A stretch of DNA of 63,727 bases, counting the filler, from Folioceros fuciformis (Eukaryota): the NCBI GenBank assembly GCA_049999805.1. It is 7 parts of 7 records of this genome, joined end to end, with 100 filler letters (N's around TTAATTAATTAA, not from the genome) between each part and the next. Parts side by side here need not be neighbours in the genome. Positions count along the whole stretch, not along the records: positions 28,902 to 36,647 come from JBNGIO010005415.1; positions 36,748 to 40,570 come from JBNGIO010005416.1; positions 40,671 to 48,304 come from JBNGIO010005417.1; 4 more parts are not named here. One strand, 5' to 3'. Of this stretch, positions 33,382 to 46,414 are shown piece after piece. The notes beneath the pieces were generated by a model, which was not told where the DNA came from, searched no databases, and was given only the letters and a program-made list of their open reading frames with translations. The first letter of the stretch is position 1; each line of letters opens with the position of its first letter. The translations under genes and the position numbers were made by a program.

Positions 33382-34470
33382 CTCACCATTACTTACAGGT
33401 ACATTTTAGCTCATTCCAAATATTTGGCATATATGTTCTTAAAAGTGTCACAATAACACAATATAGTCAATATATTATAGTCCATTATTATGATATGAAA
33501 ATCATATTTTACTTTGTTTGTGTTGTGATGACTTTTTTCTTGACTTTTATATATGAATATTAAGTGGGTTTTGAATGTAATATGCATCTTAGTCTTATTT
33601 ATTTATTATTGATAATCAATTGAATGCAGCATAATGTATTATAGTTTTAATTTGTAATATACAAGTTTTTTTACTGAAATTTTGATATATCATTTATAAT
33701 CTATACAGAACAATGATAATGAAAGTAGAGGCGGCAGGAGAAACCTAATGGGAGGTAGACCCTTTGGACTACCTAATGGGAGGTAGACCCTTTGGACTAC
33801 CAACCATCTTCCCAGACGATTGGTAGTCATTAGGGTTAGGGGTTTAGCCCCTTACTCTCTCTCGGAGTAAATGGGTTTTTCCATCGGAAGAGTAGATGGG
33901 TTTTTCCATCTTATTTGTTTTTAATAAATAAATAAAAGTTTCTTCATATGGTTTTTCCATCTTGTTCTTCTTGAATAAATAAATAATATTTTCTTAGAGT
34001 TCCTTGGTTGATGGAATCAGGATGAACCGTGATAAGGTAAAAGATATATAACGTTTAGGTGCCACCAAGTAATGAGCACAAGGTGAGTATGTTTTTTGAA
34101 TTGACTAGTGTGTATAGAAGATTTGTACTAATGTTTGCCAAGATTGCTGCCCCCCCCATTTACTTATCTCTTGAAGAAGGCAAAGGATTAGAAGTGGGAT
34201 GAAGAATATTAAAGGGCATTCGAGGTGCTGAAGTTGGAACTCGATATGACCCAATATAGGCAATCTATGATCTAACGAAGGATATAGAGGTGTATACTAA
34301 TGCTTTACATACAAGAATTAGAGAAGTGCTTATGCAAGAAGATAGGCTAGTGGCTTGCCAACCAAGATAGCTTCATGAACATGAAACGAAGGACCTATTT
34401 GTGAAAAAAAATGACATTTGCAGCTCTATTGCTCTTGTCTTAGTTTGTAGTGCTTTGTGGAAGCGTTTGA

Positions 34471-36647
34471 TCAAAGATATTGCTTTACTAATTGATAAAA
34501 TTGATTACAAGAGGTGGGCTTTGGGCGAAGTACATAGATATTGGTGTCTGCTTCACTTTGGATAAACCCTATCTTCTTGAGGTAAGAGTCCATTCTCTCA
34601 TACCATAAACGTGGGCTTTGCTTTAGTCCGTAAATAGAACGAATAAGTTTACTCACCTTGTTTGGGTAATGCTCATCTTCATAGTCTTCTGGTTGATCCA
34701 TATAGATCTCTTCTTGCAGATGACCATAAAGGAAAGCAGTACAAACATCAAGCTGATAAATTTCCAGATTAAGCTCGGCACATAAAGCCAGGAGCATTCT
34801 CACGGAAGCAGCCTTGACCACAGGTGAATATACCTTATCGCCCTGATAGTCCACTCCCTCTTTTTGACTATAACCCTTAGCCACTAGTCTCGCCTTATAG
34901 CGAATACGAGGTTCAACCTCCTGGAATTTTGTTTTGAGAACCCACTTGCATTTGACAGTAGTTCTGCCTTTCGACAAGTTTACTAGAGTCCAAGTATTAT
35001 TTTTGATAAGAGAATTATATTCATCATCAATAGCGAACTTCCACTTAGCTGCATCAGGTCGCGAATATGCCTCTTGCAGAGTGAGAGGATCTCCCTCTGA
35101 AGGGGCTACACTAAAGGCGTTGAAGTGATCTGCAGTAGTGGTGGTGTAGCCAGCTTGATTGAACTCTAAATCAAAGGGGATCTCATTCCAGAGGTGTCTC
35201 GGTTGACGATGATGCAAAGGATATCTTCGCTTAGGGGCTGGATCAAGTATTACAAGAGAAGGTGGAGCAGGAACAGTCTCTAGGTCTTGTGGATTAAGAG
35301 CACCAAAGTCTTCTCCGTTTTCATAAGGATCAACAATGGCCTGTTCATCTTCCCCCTCTCGAGCAGGAACAATAGGGATAGGTGCTGCTTGAGGTGAAGA
35401 GGCCAAGGATGGAGCAGGGGGTGCAAGACCAAAGTCCGGGAAAACAAAGGGTTGAGTTAAAAACTCAGGCATAAGGTCACCTGGGTCGGAAGAAGCAGGG
35501 TCGTCTAAAGGAGCCGAAGTAGAATCCATGGACTCAGAACGAGCAGATGCTAATCGAGCCTCAGCAAAAGTGATAGTGCGAGCATATACAATAGCATGGG
35601 TATCCAAGTCAACCAGTTTATAAGCCTTACGGTCCTCGCCATAGCCAACAAATACCAGCTTGCGAGCACAACCAGAAAGCTTGTCGCGAAGCTGAGAAGG
35701 AATATTAGCATAGGCGGGGCAGCCGAAAATCCGAAGATGAGTCATAAGAGGCTTATTTCCATGCCAAGACTCAAGGGATGTCTGGTCAGGAACGGACTTG
35801 GAAAGTACCATGTTGCGGAGATACGCTGCAGTATTAATCGCTTCGGCCCAGAAGGGTTTGGGGAGCTGAGCGCGGGCTAGCAAGGTGCGGGCCATGGTGA
35901 GTAGATCGTCGTTGGCCTTTTCAGCAACCCCATTCTGCTGAGAAGTAATGGGAACCGTGAACTGACGGATAATCCCCCTGTCAAGACAGAAGTCCTTAAA
36001 TTGCCAGTTATTTAATTCTCCTGCATTGTAAGATCTAATGCACCGAAGCTTGCAACCGGTTTGCAGCTCAGCCATAGTGACAAAAGGAGTAAAGGAGCCG
36101 AAGGAATCACTCTTCAACTTGAGCAGAATAGCAAAGGTATAGCGACTATAGTCATCAACAATAGTCATAAAGTACAAGGTGCCGCCAAGTGAAGGGACAG
36201 ATAGTGGACCACAAAGATCAACATGGACCAACTCCAAGGGCTAAGTAGCCAACGGGCAGGGAGAGTGGGATAGGGGAAGCTACGTTGTTTAGCATAGATA
36301 CAAGGTTCACATAACGGAGGAGTCTGTGAAAAGTGTGGTAGCTTATCCCTAAATAAATCCTGCCTAGACATCTCTAACAGCTTATCATGATTAATATGTC
36401 CAAGCCGAGAATGCCATAATAGGGAGTCACCTTTGCGAGAACTCCCTCTGTCGACCGCAGTGGCCATTGTGAGAGCTGTGGTCGAGGAAGCTGTGATCAT
36501 TGGTATGGTGGAGAAGACATAGAGGTCATGCCACGAACAACCTCTAGCAACCACGCAACCAGGAGCAACAAATCTTGTGAGGAGACAATTGCCTCTGCTG
36601 AACTCTAGCCTGAAAGTACCGTCCTTCACCAAGTGTCGGACGGAGAT
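34471..36647 (-). mobile_element. Ty1/Copia integrase and RT fragment
   Basis: LWHSRLGH, LVHVDLCGP, QQNGVAE, YKARLVAKGY, QLDVCTAFLYG, YGLKQSPRLW. Confidence 0.96.
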
Positions 36648-36899
36648 NNNNNNNNNNNNNNNNNNNNNNNNNNNNNNNNNNNNNNNNNNNNTTAATTAAT
36701 TAANNNNNNNNNNNNNNNNNNNNNNNNNNNNNNNNNNNNNNNNNNNNCTATTTCCTGGTCAATTAACTTAATTAGCACAAAGAAAAATAGGAAAAATGAC
36801 CAAAAAATCAAGGAAAATTAGGAAAAATAAGTTGAAAAAGAAAACCAAACCATACCACTATTAACCCTTTTTCAACCAAAACAAACTACTACCCCAAAC

Positions 36900-38505
36900 T
36901 TTGGAGGTTCACACTCTGTCATATTCTTCAATAAAGCATCCATCTTTATTGAATCAAACCTGCAGATTTTGTTCAGCCACGTGTCCAACAAACAACAGGT
37001 TCTTTGTAATAGTTGGTACATGCAACACATCTTGCAGACTCTTTTGTTGACCATTCGGCATCCTAAGAGGAACAATTCCTATGTGTGTTATGTCATGTTG
37101 TGTGTCATCTCCTCTACACACATGACCATGGGGACCTGCATCCATCTTGTTAAACCACTCGCCATGCGGAGTCATGTGGTTTGATGCTCCTAAATCAATG
37201 TACCATCTCTCATCATTCTACCCATCCTGTTCAGAGAGATGTTGCATAGCAAACAACCTATCCTGGTCATTTCTAGCATTACTAGAGGAGGGATAGTTCC
37301 CATGCTGCCTTCCTTTTCCTCTCATGTCTGCTTGCTACTCATAGGAGTCCTTAGCAATATGACCAACCTTTCCAAAGTAGTAACACTCCTTATCTCTATT
37401 GGAATGGTCATGAGATTGAAAAGAACCATCTCTTCCTCTTGTGGCTCTACCTGCGCCTCTAAAACTTCTAGATCCTCTCTGGCCTTGCACATTTCCTCCA
37501 CTCCAATTGTCTTGCTGATTCTGTGTGTTCCGAGCATCACCCCATCCTCGGAATGAACCACGACCTCTGTGGCCTCTCCCACGCTGGTTAGAAAACAAAA
37601 CAGTGTCTCTCCCTTGAGACATACCTGAACCTGTGTTCAGACCAAGCTTAACTTCCTCATGCAACAACAAAGCAACCAATTCATCCCAACTTGGGGACTC
37701 AGCTCTCACAGAGATTGATGTGTCAAAGGACTTGTATTCCTTGCCAAGTCCGTTCAAAGTAACTGCAACCATGTCATCTTCCGTCACACTTGCACCGATT
37801 GTAGCAAGCTGATCAGCTATGGTTTTCACCTCTGTTGTATACACGAGTATGGATCTGCTACCTTGTGACAAGTTGTTGAACTGTTGCTTCAACTGGATTT
37901 TCCTAGCATGTGTGACATTCCCATAGTTCCTCATGAGTATGTCCCATGCATCCTTCGGAGACTCACATCCCGTGATCTGTATGACCATAGCATCTGAAAT
38001 ACTTAAGGAGAGCCAGTGTAACACTTTACATGCTCTCTTAGTCCAATGCTTGTGAGTAGTCTTTTGCTCCTGTGATGGAATATGATCCATCTCCGGTTCA
38101 CTCTCATCACCTGTGCGGAGGTCCCAATAGCCTCTACCTACCAAGAAGTTCTTCATCATGAACTTCCACAAAGCAAAATTCTTGTTATCCAATTCTCTCC
38201 CACAACCTAAGAGATATCGTCTGATCCCTGCACGTTAGCCATGATTCAGGCTCCTTTACACACCAACACTTGTCCTGCACCTCAGGTCAATTGCCTTCTC
38301 TTGCTTGCTGTGCCACCAAGTCCCCTGTGGACAGATTGTCAAAACACTTTCATGTGTCTTCCAACAGATGTTTTTAACAATCTTGAGTGCAACTCCCTGC
38401 ACTGCTGTAGAGCTCCAGCACTCCACAAGCCTCAATCGGATCTCAACAATTCCTGAATGTGCAACTGACTCTTCGCTAAGCAAAACCAGCCTTTGCTCAA
38501 GCTTT

Positions 38506-38549
<44 letters not shown>

Positions 38550-38709
38550 TCCTCCTTGCAAATCCTGGGCCTGCTGTGGCTTCCACGGCCTGGTTGCCTC
38601 CAGTAGTTGCTGCTCCTCCTAAGTCTCTCTCCCTCTCGCGCCTCTCATGCGCTCTTGCGCCTGTGGCACCTGTTGCAACTTCCTACGCCACCTACGCCGC
38701 TGCTCCTAA
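36900..38709 (-). mobile_element. Ty1/Copia leader, gag and protease fragment
   Basis: NFALWKF, TLNGLGKEY, a degenerate knuckle CYYFGKVGHIAKDS, WYIDLGASNHMT. An A41 run (38507-38547) lies in the leader. Confidence 0.92.
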
Positions 38710-40570
38710 TGATATATAGTGCTGATATATGATTAAAGGGTTATGCTTGATTTAAGATACGTTGAGTTATGGTTAAATAGTTTATGGTGTCGTTTCGTTA
38801 GGGTTACGACTCCAAGTGAAGAGCTACAACGTTTCACATTTTTTAGTTTAATTTGTGCTATATTTTATAGACACTTACTTCTTCTTTTCTAAGAGAACCA
38901 ATTATGTAAATATTTTAATGAAATTATTTTTTTTAATTGCATTTACTTATATTTCATCATGGTATCAGAGCCATGCTNNNNNNNNNNNNNNNNNNNNNNN
39001 NNNNNNNNNNNNNNNNNNNNNNNNNNNNNNNNNNNNNNNNNNNNNNNNNNNNNNNNNNNNNNNNNNNNNNNNNNNNNCTTGTTTTAGATTGATGAATTCA
39101 TACAGAGATTCTGCATAATCGGTAGATAATCTAGTGCACTTCCATGTGAATTGATATCAAGATCAATTCAATGGAGGCCCACTAGAGTAGCTGCCTGGCT
39201 GGCAGAATTATATATTAAAAATTAAATAAGAAAACAGACAATGCAGAGTTTCTGCATTTCATCATTTAGAAAATTCGCTGGTAATTATGGCCACCAGCAC
39301 AGGCGTTTGTGTCCTGCTGAAAGGATCCCTATGTATGATAGGGTGAATGTCGTTGATGAATTATCAGTTGTATCCCAACTTCATCAACATGTCCTACAGT
39401 GGATTCAAACAAATAAGCTACAATTAATTTCGATAGCTGATTTCAAAATAGCTTTTAATACTTTAATTGCTGCTATTTATCCACTGGAGACTAATTTGTT
39501 GTTTGATCTACCTTCACAAAGCTTACCAAATTTAGCAAGAGTGTGTGCACAGATAGGCACTGTGGGAAATAATCTCTGTGATTCTTCTTTTACCAAATCT
39601 ACCACACATATAGGTGTTAATACAATAATTGAACACCTTAAGACAAACAACAAAATTGTGGACAGACGCTGTAATCAAATACAAGGACATTTATCTACAA
39701 CAAGTGTGGACTTATAGGATCTGAAGGAACAAATTGCTCACGTGGACTGCAAGCTGGTTACGCTCTTGAGATCCAAGCAACCTATTATTTCGCCCTTCAG
39801 AGCTACATCCTGTAAGCATACCAATAAGATAAAACGTAATCGACAATTCTGCTCACCTGATTTATTTACATCTTGTTCAACAAGTACTTACAATGAAGGT
39901 GACAAGAGGAGCTATAAGAATGCTTCTAAAAGAGCAGTGTGGGGTCGAATCTTACAACATCAAAGACAACATGCATTGTGATTAGGAGTGTATGGATGGG
40001 GAAGATAGTGATCTGGAAGGGGCAGAGCCTAATTCTGTACCACCTACACCCAACATGGGTGATACAATCTCATCATCAACTCTTAGTACGGAAACTTTCA
40101 AAGAAAAGGATAGATTTAATGGTACTGACTTTGATATTTGGCTTATCCGGATGGAGGGTGTCCTTGAGATGAGAGGACTCCTGAAATATGCAACCAGAGT
40201 GGTAAAGTTCCCTAGCAACGGAACTGTAGCAGGAGCAGATTGGTTAGCTAAAGACAACGTAGCCAAATACCTCATACGTAGTGGTCTAACATCTAACATG
40301 TTGAGGCAGACTGTAGGGGTAAAGACTTCAGCTGAGATCTGGACACACCTCAAGGAACTCTACGCAGGGCAGAATATGGTCAGTGTTATGACTGCTTTAC
40401 GAAATTTTCAGAATTTGAGAATGAGAGAAGGTGATTCAGTGGAGAAGCACGTGAATACCTTCAGAATCCTATCCTCAAGACTGAAAGGTGCTTCAAAAGT
40501 CAGTATGACTGATGATGAACTGCTGATGAGGTTCATGCTTTCCCTTCCTGAATCCTGGTCTCATTTCGTG
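38710..40570 (+). mobile_element. Ty1/Copia 5' part with extra upstream ORF: LTR, PBS, ORF0, gag
   Basis: LTR TGAT..ATCA at 38710-38959; PBS TGGTATCAGAGC at 38960; then an N gap. Gag FKEKDRFNGTDFDIW..LRMREGDSVEKH..MLSLPESWSHFV. Confidence 0.9.
39241..39981 (+). pseudogene. ORF0 homolog upstream of gag (one internal TAG at 39715)
   Basis: ORFs 39241-39717 and 39742-39981 share one frame. IPMYDRVNV and RRCNQIQGHLSTTSVDL*DLKEQIAHVDCKLVTLLR align with the 26084 ORF. Confidence 0.65.
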
Positions 40571-40670
40571 NNNNNNNNNNNNNNNNNNNNNNNNNNNNNN
40601 NNNNNNNNNNNNNNTTAATTAATTAANNNNNNNNNNNNNNNNNNNNNNNNNNNNNNNNNNNNNNNNNNNN

Positions 40671-41195
40671 CTGATGCTGGAGGGTTCATCAGGAGGTGTG
40701 ATGCGTGCCAAAGGGTGGGGAAGCCTACCAGGACAACACAATGGCCATTGGTTCCCATCCTTGCCCTAGCACCATTTGAGAAGTGGGGGATTGATTTTGT
40801 AGGACCAATTCAGCCCAAGTCCAAGGGAAGGCAGAACCAATACATCCTAGTGGCAACCGACTACTGCACATGCATGGTGGAGGCTCAAGCTTTGCCCGTG
40901 GACACAGCAAATGTGGTGGCCAGATTTTTGTTTGAGCAGATCATCACGAGGTATGGATGCCCGTTGGAGTTGGTGAGCGATAGGGGGACTCACTTCATCA
41001 ATGAAGTGGTCAAGCACATGACTGAGTATTTCAATATCAGACATAGGAAGACCACTCCCTACAACCCTAAGGCCAATGGACTCACGGAGAAGGCTAATGG
41101 GCTGTTGTGCAAGATTCTCAGCAAACTCACCGTCACCTATGCTCATGACTGGGATAGGAAACTCCATTCAGCCTTGTGCGCGTATAGGACTAAAG
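40671..41195 (+). mobile_element. Ty3/Gypsy (non-chromovirus-like) integrase core fragment
   Basis: CDACQR, PFEKWGIDFVGPI, YILVATDY, LVSDRGTHF, TTPYNPKANGLTEKAN. Confidence 0.95.
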
Positions 41196-41214
41196 CATTT
41201 TTCATTTTTCATTT

Positions 41215-42357
41215 TTGAAGTCCATCACCACTATGTTAGAGATGCTGCTGCGAGGGGGTTAGTTAAAATTCTCTATGTGCCTATTGAGAATAACACAGCA
41301 CACATCCTAACAAAGGCCCTACCAAAGAATAAGCACTAGAAGCACATGCAGGCACTTGGGCTGATGAACTTTCAGTCCTATTTCAAACTTGCAGCTTAAC
41401 ATACTGCAAACAAGACTTATGAGCGAGGCCCGAGTCCTCAATATTGTGGAGTACAACTCTTCCTTTTGTGTTCCTATGTGCCTATCGTCAGGCGACAGGG
41501 AGGGTTAGCCACCACAACACAACAACAGTGTGAACAATCTAGAAGCAAGAGTCTGAAACGCAGGTCAGGTGGATGAAGCTCAACGCTAACCTAATCACCT
41601 GCATGTTGGTTTCCCTCGACTGTTGTCTCCTCTTCTTGTAGTACCTTCAGCAACCCAAGTAATCTATGTGCCTTCTGTAGCGGCCTCATCAAGCTGGTTT
41701 CATTGCCAGTATCCGCTGGGAGTTCTCCTTCTCTCCCGGGCTTTTGTCCAGCACAAGGTCACGTTGAACAGCACTTTCTAGCCACCAACCCTTAAGCTGG
41801 TCTCCACCACATGGGTTTCACCCCACTCTTCCTCCGCTGCTGGATGCTTAGTAGGGCGAGCTCTCTTAGCCCCGTTGCTACTCTTACTGTGCTCGACTCC
41901 CAGGCATTGTATACAACAATATTGCCCTTACGATCTAGGTGCACAAGATGATGGCTGTGAAGAGCGCTGCGTAGGCTAATGCGAGATTTATTCTCTGCTC
42001 CATCTCCTTCTAGCTCACACATCCTCTTTAAGTGATGAGTGTTGCTCATTACGCCTCGCATGCCCATCTTCTCCTCGTGGTTGTCCTCACTTGCTTTGCT
42101 AGACCCGTGCTCAATCTATCATAACTCCTAAGCTCGTCTCACTTAAGGGAGGGTGTTCACGGGGTAACCTCACTCGCTTAGGGTTTACCCCTAGTTAGTT
42201 GTGGTTAGTTAAGTTAAGTTTGATTATTCAAGGGTCACTTTAGCGAAGGGGTGCCTAGTGTAGATAATATACACTCTTTACATGACTTTGTATTATTATT
42301 GTTTTATCCCATTGCCTTATGGTTACTCATCTCTCTTGCTCTCCATTTATATCAACA
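41215..42357 (+). mobile_element. Ty1/Copia 3' end: RNase H tail, long 3' region, PPT, 3' LTR (42154-42357)
   Basis: EVHHHYVRD..ILTKALP; PPT TTAAGGGAGGG; LTR TGTT..AACA. Confidence 0.85.
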
Positions 42358-42460
42358 ATCAAGTTAAGCACATGGTCTCCATTCACATAGAGGCTAGGAA
42401 CATAAGTTGCCTCATCCATATGCTGCAATACAATTTAGCCTTCTGTTGCGGATGAGGTGC

Positions 42461-42950
42461 TTACCCCCTCCTCCCGGGGGCTACCAATGGCATTGGAAAA
42501 TCCTCCATCCCCTTGGCTGCTGCTCCACCACGCCCCATCCTCCTGGTGCGAGTTGCCATTCCAACTCTTTCTATTGCGGTTTCCTCAACGGTCGTTGCCT
42601 CCTTTACCTTGGCCGGGCTATCCTCCACCAGCATGGTCTCTCTCTGACCGGTAGCCCCTTCAACTACCTCTATCGTTGTTCTACTACTTCGCTTAGCCTT
42701 CCCTTTTCCGTTCACCTGACTGCAAGCCTCGTCTCATTCCCGCTTATACTTGTTGTTAGTTTCTGTACTTTTTCTACTGCAGCCGCTTCTTGCTCCTGGG
42801 CCCTTAACAGCTCCTATTGCATTTCTTGGTTGACTTCATGAACCTCCCTAACTTGAGTCAGCAGCAGCTCCTGTTGTTCCTTTAGCATCTGCATTTCCTC
42901 TCGGGCTCGGCGTGATTCCTCTTGCGCTTGTTCCTTGGCTACACTTAGGG
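42461..42950 (-). pseudogene. Coiled-coil/low-complexity ORF fragment, homolog of 16565-16910
   Basis: Direct peptide similarity; E/Q-rich heptads upstream. Confidence 0.7.
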
Positions 42951-43489
42951 CCTATTGAATCTTGTGAACGAAAAAAAAATTTGGAACCCCCATTTTGAGC
43001 GACGGAATGAGCAGGTTGTGATTCTTTTCGTGAAGGGACAGGCGAATCGGCTTAGTAAGCGAGTAAGGCCAGGGTGTTTATACCCAAAGTCCACCTTGGG
43101 CTTCGGGGTTTGGGGTGTACTAGAGACCGGGACAAGGAGGGGGAATGAGCGAGTGCCTCCTTGACCCTCGGGTCATTGAGAACATTAAGGTAGGCAAAAG
43201 TAAGGGCCCAAGGTGACGGGGCGACGGTAGCCGGCAGGGCAACCGTCGCCGGAGGGACTACTGGAGGTAGTCCGATGGGGCGTAAAGGAGAAAAAGCAGG
43301 CAGGGCATAAAAACCCTAGAGAAAGGGGAGCTCTGTCCAGCATCCGAAAGCGCCAGGACGACGGGAGAGACGGTGCAGGGCGTGAAGGGAGGAGGCCAGG
43401 CGCGGCCTGAACTGATCCCTCGAGCAGCAGCCTCTGGACAGGAGGGGGGACCTACTGTCCCCCGAATCGACCTACTCCTGTAGCCCAAT

Positions 43490-44900
43490 ATGGAGCACTG
43501 GAGGGTCAGGGCAGGAAAGTTGGTGGCAGAGCTAGGTTTGAACTTTATGACCCAGAAGTGGAATCATGCAGCACCCAAGATGGTCAGGGAGTGCGCCCTG
43601 AGGCTGATAGAGCCTGTACGCGAAGAAGGGATCAGAGGCAGACCCCAGGAATGGAACCTGGAGTTGATCAGGAGGGTCTACGGGCGCAACCAACAGGAGG
43701 AAGGGGGACTGGTGCTGGAGTCCCTGAAGAAGCGTGGCGGAACGGGAGCCGAGGAAACGCTGCTCAAGGCAGGCACGAAAAAGGAAGCGAACGGGTGGCT
43801 GGTGCGCGACATGGCAAGTCCTGAGCTGATGGGATTGGCCAGGTGGTTTCTGAGCTTCTTCCAGGTACGCAAACAGGATTATCTGTCCGACCAGATGCTC
43901 CTGTTTGTGCATGAAGTAGTGAAGGACACCAGGATCGACTGGGGGAGGATTTTATACGCCCGGATGGATGAGGAGAGGCAGAACCTGATCCGACCCAATC
44001 CTGAACCTTCTATGATTTCCCCGTTTCTAATCCATGTGTACAGTTACGCTAACCTAGTCACCGAGCTAGAAAGGCTGGCCTCGCTGCACCTGTGGAAGCT
44101 AGTTCGTGATGTGAAGTGGAAGCCCGCTGAGCCAGCAAAGGCTGCCTCCAACAGTTGGGAAGCTGACAGTGGGAATAGCTCGTAGGAGGAAACCCCAATC
44201 AAGACCAGGAAGAGGACAGCCCCACAAAAGAAGGCTCCTACCAGGAGGAAAAGGTTCAGAGGACAAAGTGTGAGCATGGGGGCTGATCAGGAGGAAGGGG
44301 GGACAGCCCTGGAGCAGACAGGTCAGCAGGAGGTAGAACGAGAACCAGCTGTCTAGGGAATCAAGAACCGAAGGTTGGAGGAGCAAGGTCAGGGTGGGAC
44401 AAGACCCGAGGAGCCACCGGATCAGGTGATGGTAGCTGACACAGTTTCCTCCAGACTGGAGGATAAGTTAGGGCACACTTCAGCACAGGAGGGTTCCTCA
44501 AGGTGGAAAGACATTTTCAGGTGCAGGCCTCAGAGAGACAGGTTGCAGGTAGGGGACCTGGACAAGTTGCGAGAATTCCTGGGCAGACAAATCACGGCGA
44601 GAGGAAGGGGCACCGGAGGGGTGCAGGAGGTGGACCTACCCGGGCTGACTGCTGCCATGGTGTAGGCCCAAGCAGACCTCCTGGATCAGGCTGCTAGGGC
44701 CCTGACCTGGTTAAGTGTACAAGCAGAGCGAGAGGCCGAGGCTTGGGGGAAGGAGGAGAAGGCTCGTGAGCGAGAGGCTGAAGCAAGGAGGCAACTGGCG
44801 GAGTCAGAGACGGCGCGACAACTGCAGGAGGAGAAGCAGTGGGTCCTTGACAGGGAGAAGGCTCAAGCCAAGGAAGAGGCGCGCGAGGCGAGGGCCTCTC
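43490..44900 (+). pseudogene. Retrotransposon accessory-type ORF, copy 1 (globular domain, basic linker, coiled coil)
   Basis: MEHWR..NHAAP..RKQDYLS..IDWGRILY..SMISPFLIHVY; clearly homologous to 46415-47150. Confidence 0.65.
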
Positions 44901-45119
44901 CGCCAAAGGCCAAGGATGACCTAGCCCCTCCGGACACTTAGTTCGACTACCCAATCCGCCCAAAACACCATGGTCCAAGGAGACCTTGGGTATAAATACC
45001 CCGGTTTTATTCTCAACCTAGGCCATTTTCTTCACACTTTCACAAAAAAAAATCAAAGTCCACACAATTTGTCACTCAAAATGGGGATCCCGAATATTTT
45101 TTTTATCTACACCTGATCC

Positions 45120-45700
45120 CACCGCAACTCCTCACCCTTCTCTAGCAGACATAGAGAAGTGGGAATACTTAAATGGAATCGTAGTGGCGCTCCTCATTAG
45201 CGGTTTGGACTCAAGCTTGGTGCCAAGCGTTGAGTTCCTTTTTGAAGCCTCCTCCATCTGGAATCAACTTTCCAACACCTACAACGTGAACAACGTTCTC
45301 ACACTCTACAGTGTCATGCAGGAATTCAACGCACTCAAGATGAAGGAGACAAACACAATCGCAGCACATACCTCTAAATTCAGATAGCTTACAGGTCATC
45401 TGGTTTTCCTCGGGTCACTGATGACCGAAATCGATGCCGCTGCTCAACTTCTTATGAGCCTGCCGACTTCTTACCAACACTTTGTCACCAGCCTGATGCT
45501 GGTGTCAACCCATGGCATCTCCGGATCCACCTCCTCTCTAACAATGGAGGAGATCATTGGTGCCTTGTACTTTCACGAACAGGGTCACCTCAATGCTGCA
45601 GGAGGGTCCAAGCCCAAGGCAGACAAGGCGCTTATTGTTCGTTTCAAGCTTGGGAAATTCAAGGGGAAATAGGCCAGTACCTCCAAGGGTGAGTCAACCT
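45120..45700 (+). mobile_element. Ty1/Copia gag fragment
   Basis: ASSIWNQLSNTY, FNALKMKE, QLLMSLPTSYQHFV. Confidence 0.85.
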
Positions 45701-46414
45701 CAGCTCCATGTAGAGGAAAAAATATTTGAGAACCCCCTTCCCCAATGTCAGATCTAGTGGATTTTGGTTTTTTTTGTGAAGTAGAGGAAGAAGCGGCCTA
45801 AGTTGAGAATAAGCAGGGGTATATATACACAAGACCTCCTTGGACCATGAAGTTTTGGGGTAGACCAGTAGACAGACCAAGTGTCCAGGGGGGCTGTTTG
45901 GTCCTTGGGTCTTAGTGGTNNNNNNNNNNNNNNNNNNNNNNNNNNNNNNNNNNNNNNNNNNNNNNNNNNNNNNNNNNNNNNNNNNNNNNNNNNNNNNNNN
46001 NNNNNNNNNNNNNNNNNNNGGGGAAGGTGAACCACCATCATGGAGGGACGGCTGGTGGTGGGGCTCCAGTGGGTAGCTGAACCAGAACAATAAGGCAGGG
46101 GAAAAACCCTGAGTAAGGATTAGGAAGGGTCTGGGTGTGATTTTGAAAAGGGAGTGCAACTGAGGAGTCAGGGAGCGGAAGTGGTGGACGGGATGTGAGC
46201 GGGAGACAGGCAACCTAAGTGAAGGCAAGGACAGGCACAGCAGCTCTTGAGCAGGATAGGGACAGCGCGGACATCGACCAACCAAGGGAAGACAAGGAGA
46301 AGGCTAAGGAGGATGAAGAGGGAAGGAGCGGCTACAGAGTTGGTGGCGCTGGGCCTGGCCATGGACAAGGAACATGTCCCTGTGCCCCAAGTTGAGGTCA
46401 CGCTTTAGCCTAAC

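Noticed and set aside
38507-38547. A41 run as a retrocopy poly(A) tail or poly-Lys coding region
   Set aside because: No TSD or retroposed body seen; it lies within a Copia leader.
40715-41340. Natural Gypsy-integrase/Copia-RNase H fusion
   Set aside because: Different frames and an abrupt low-complexity join; more likely a mis-join or deletion.
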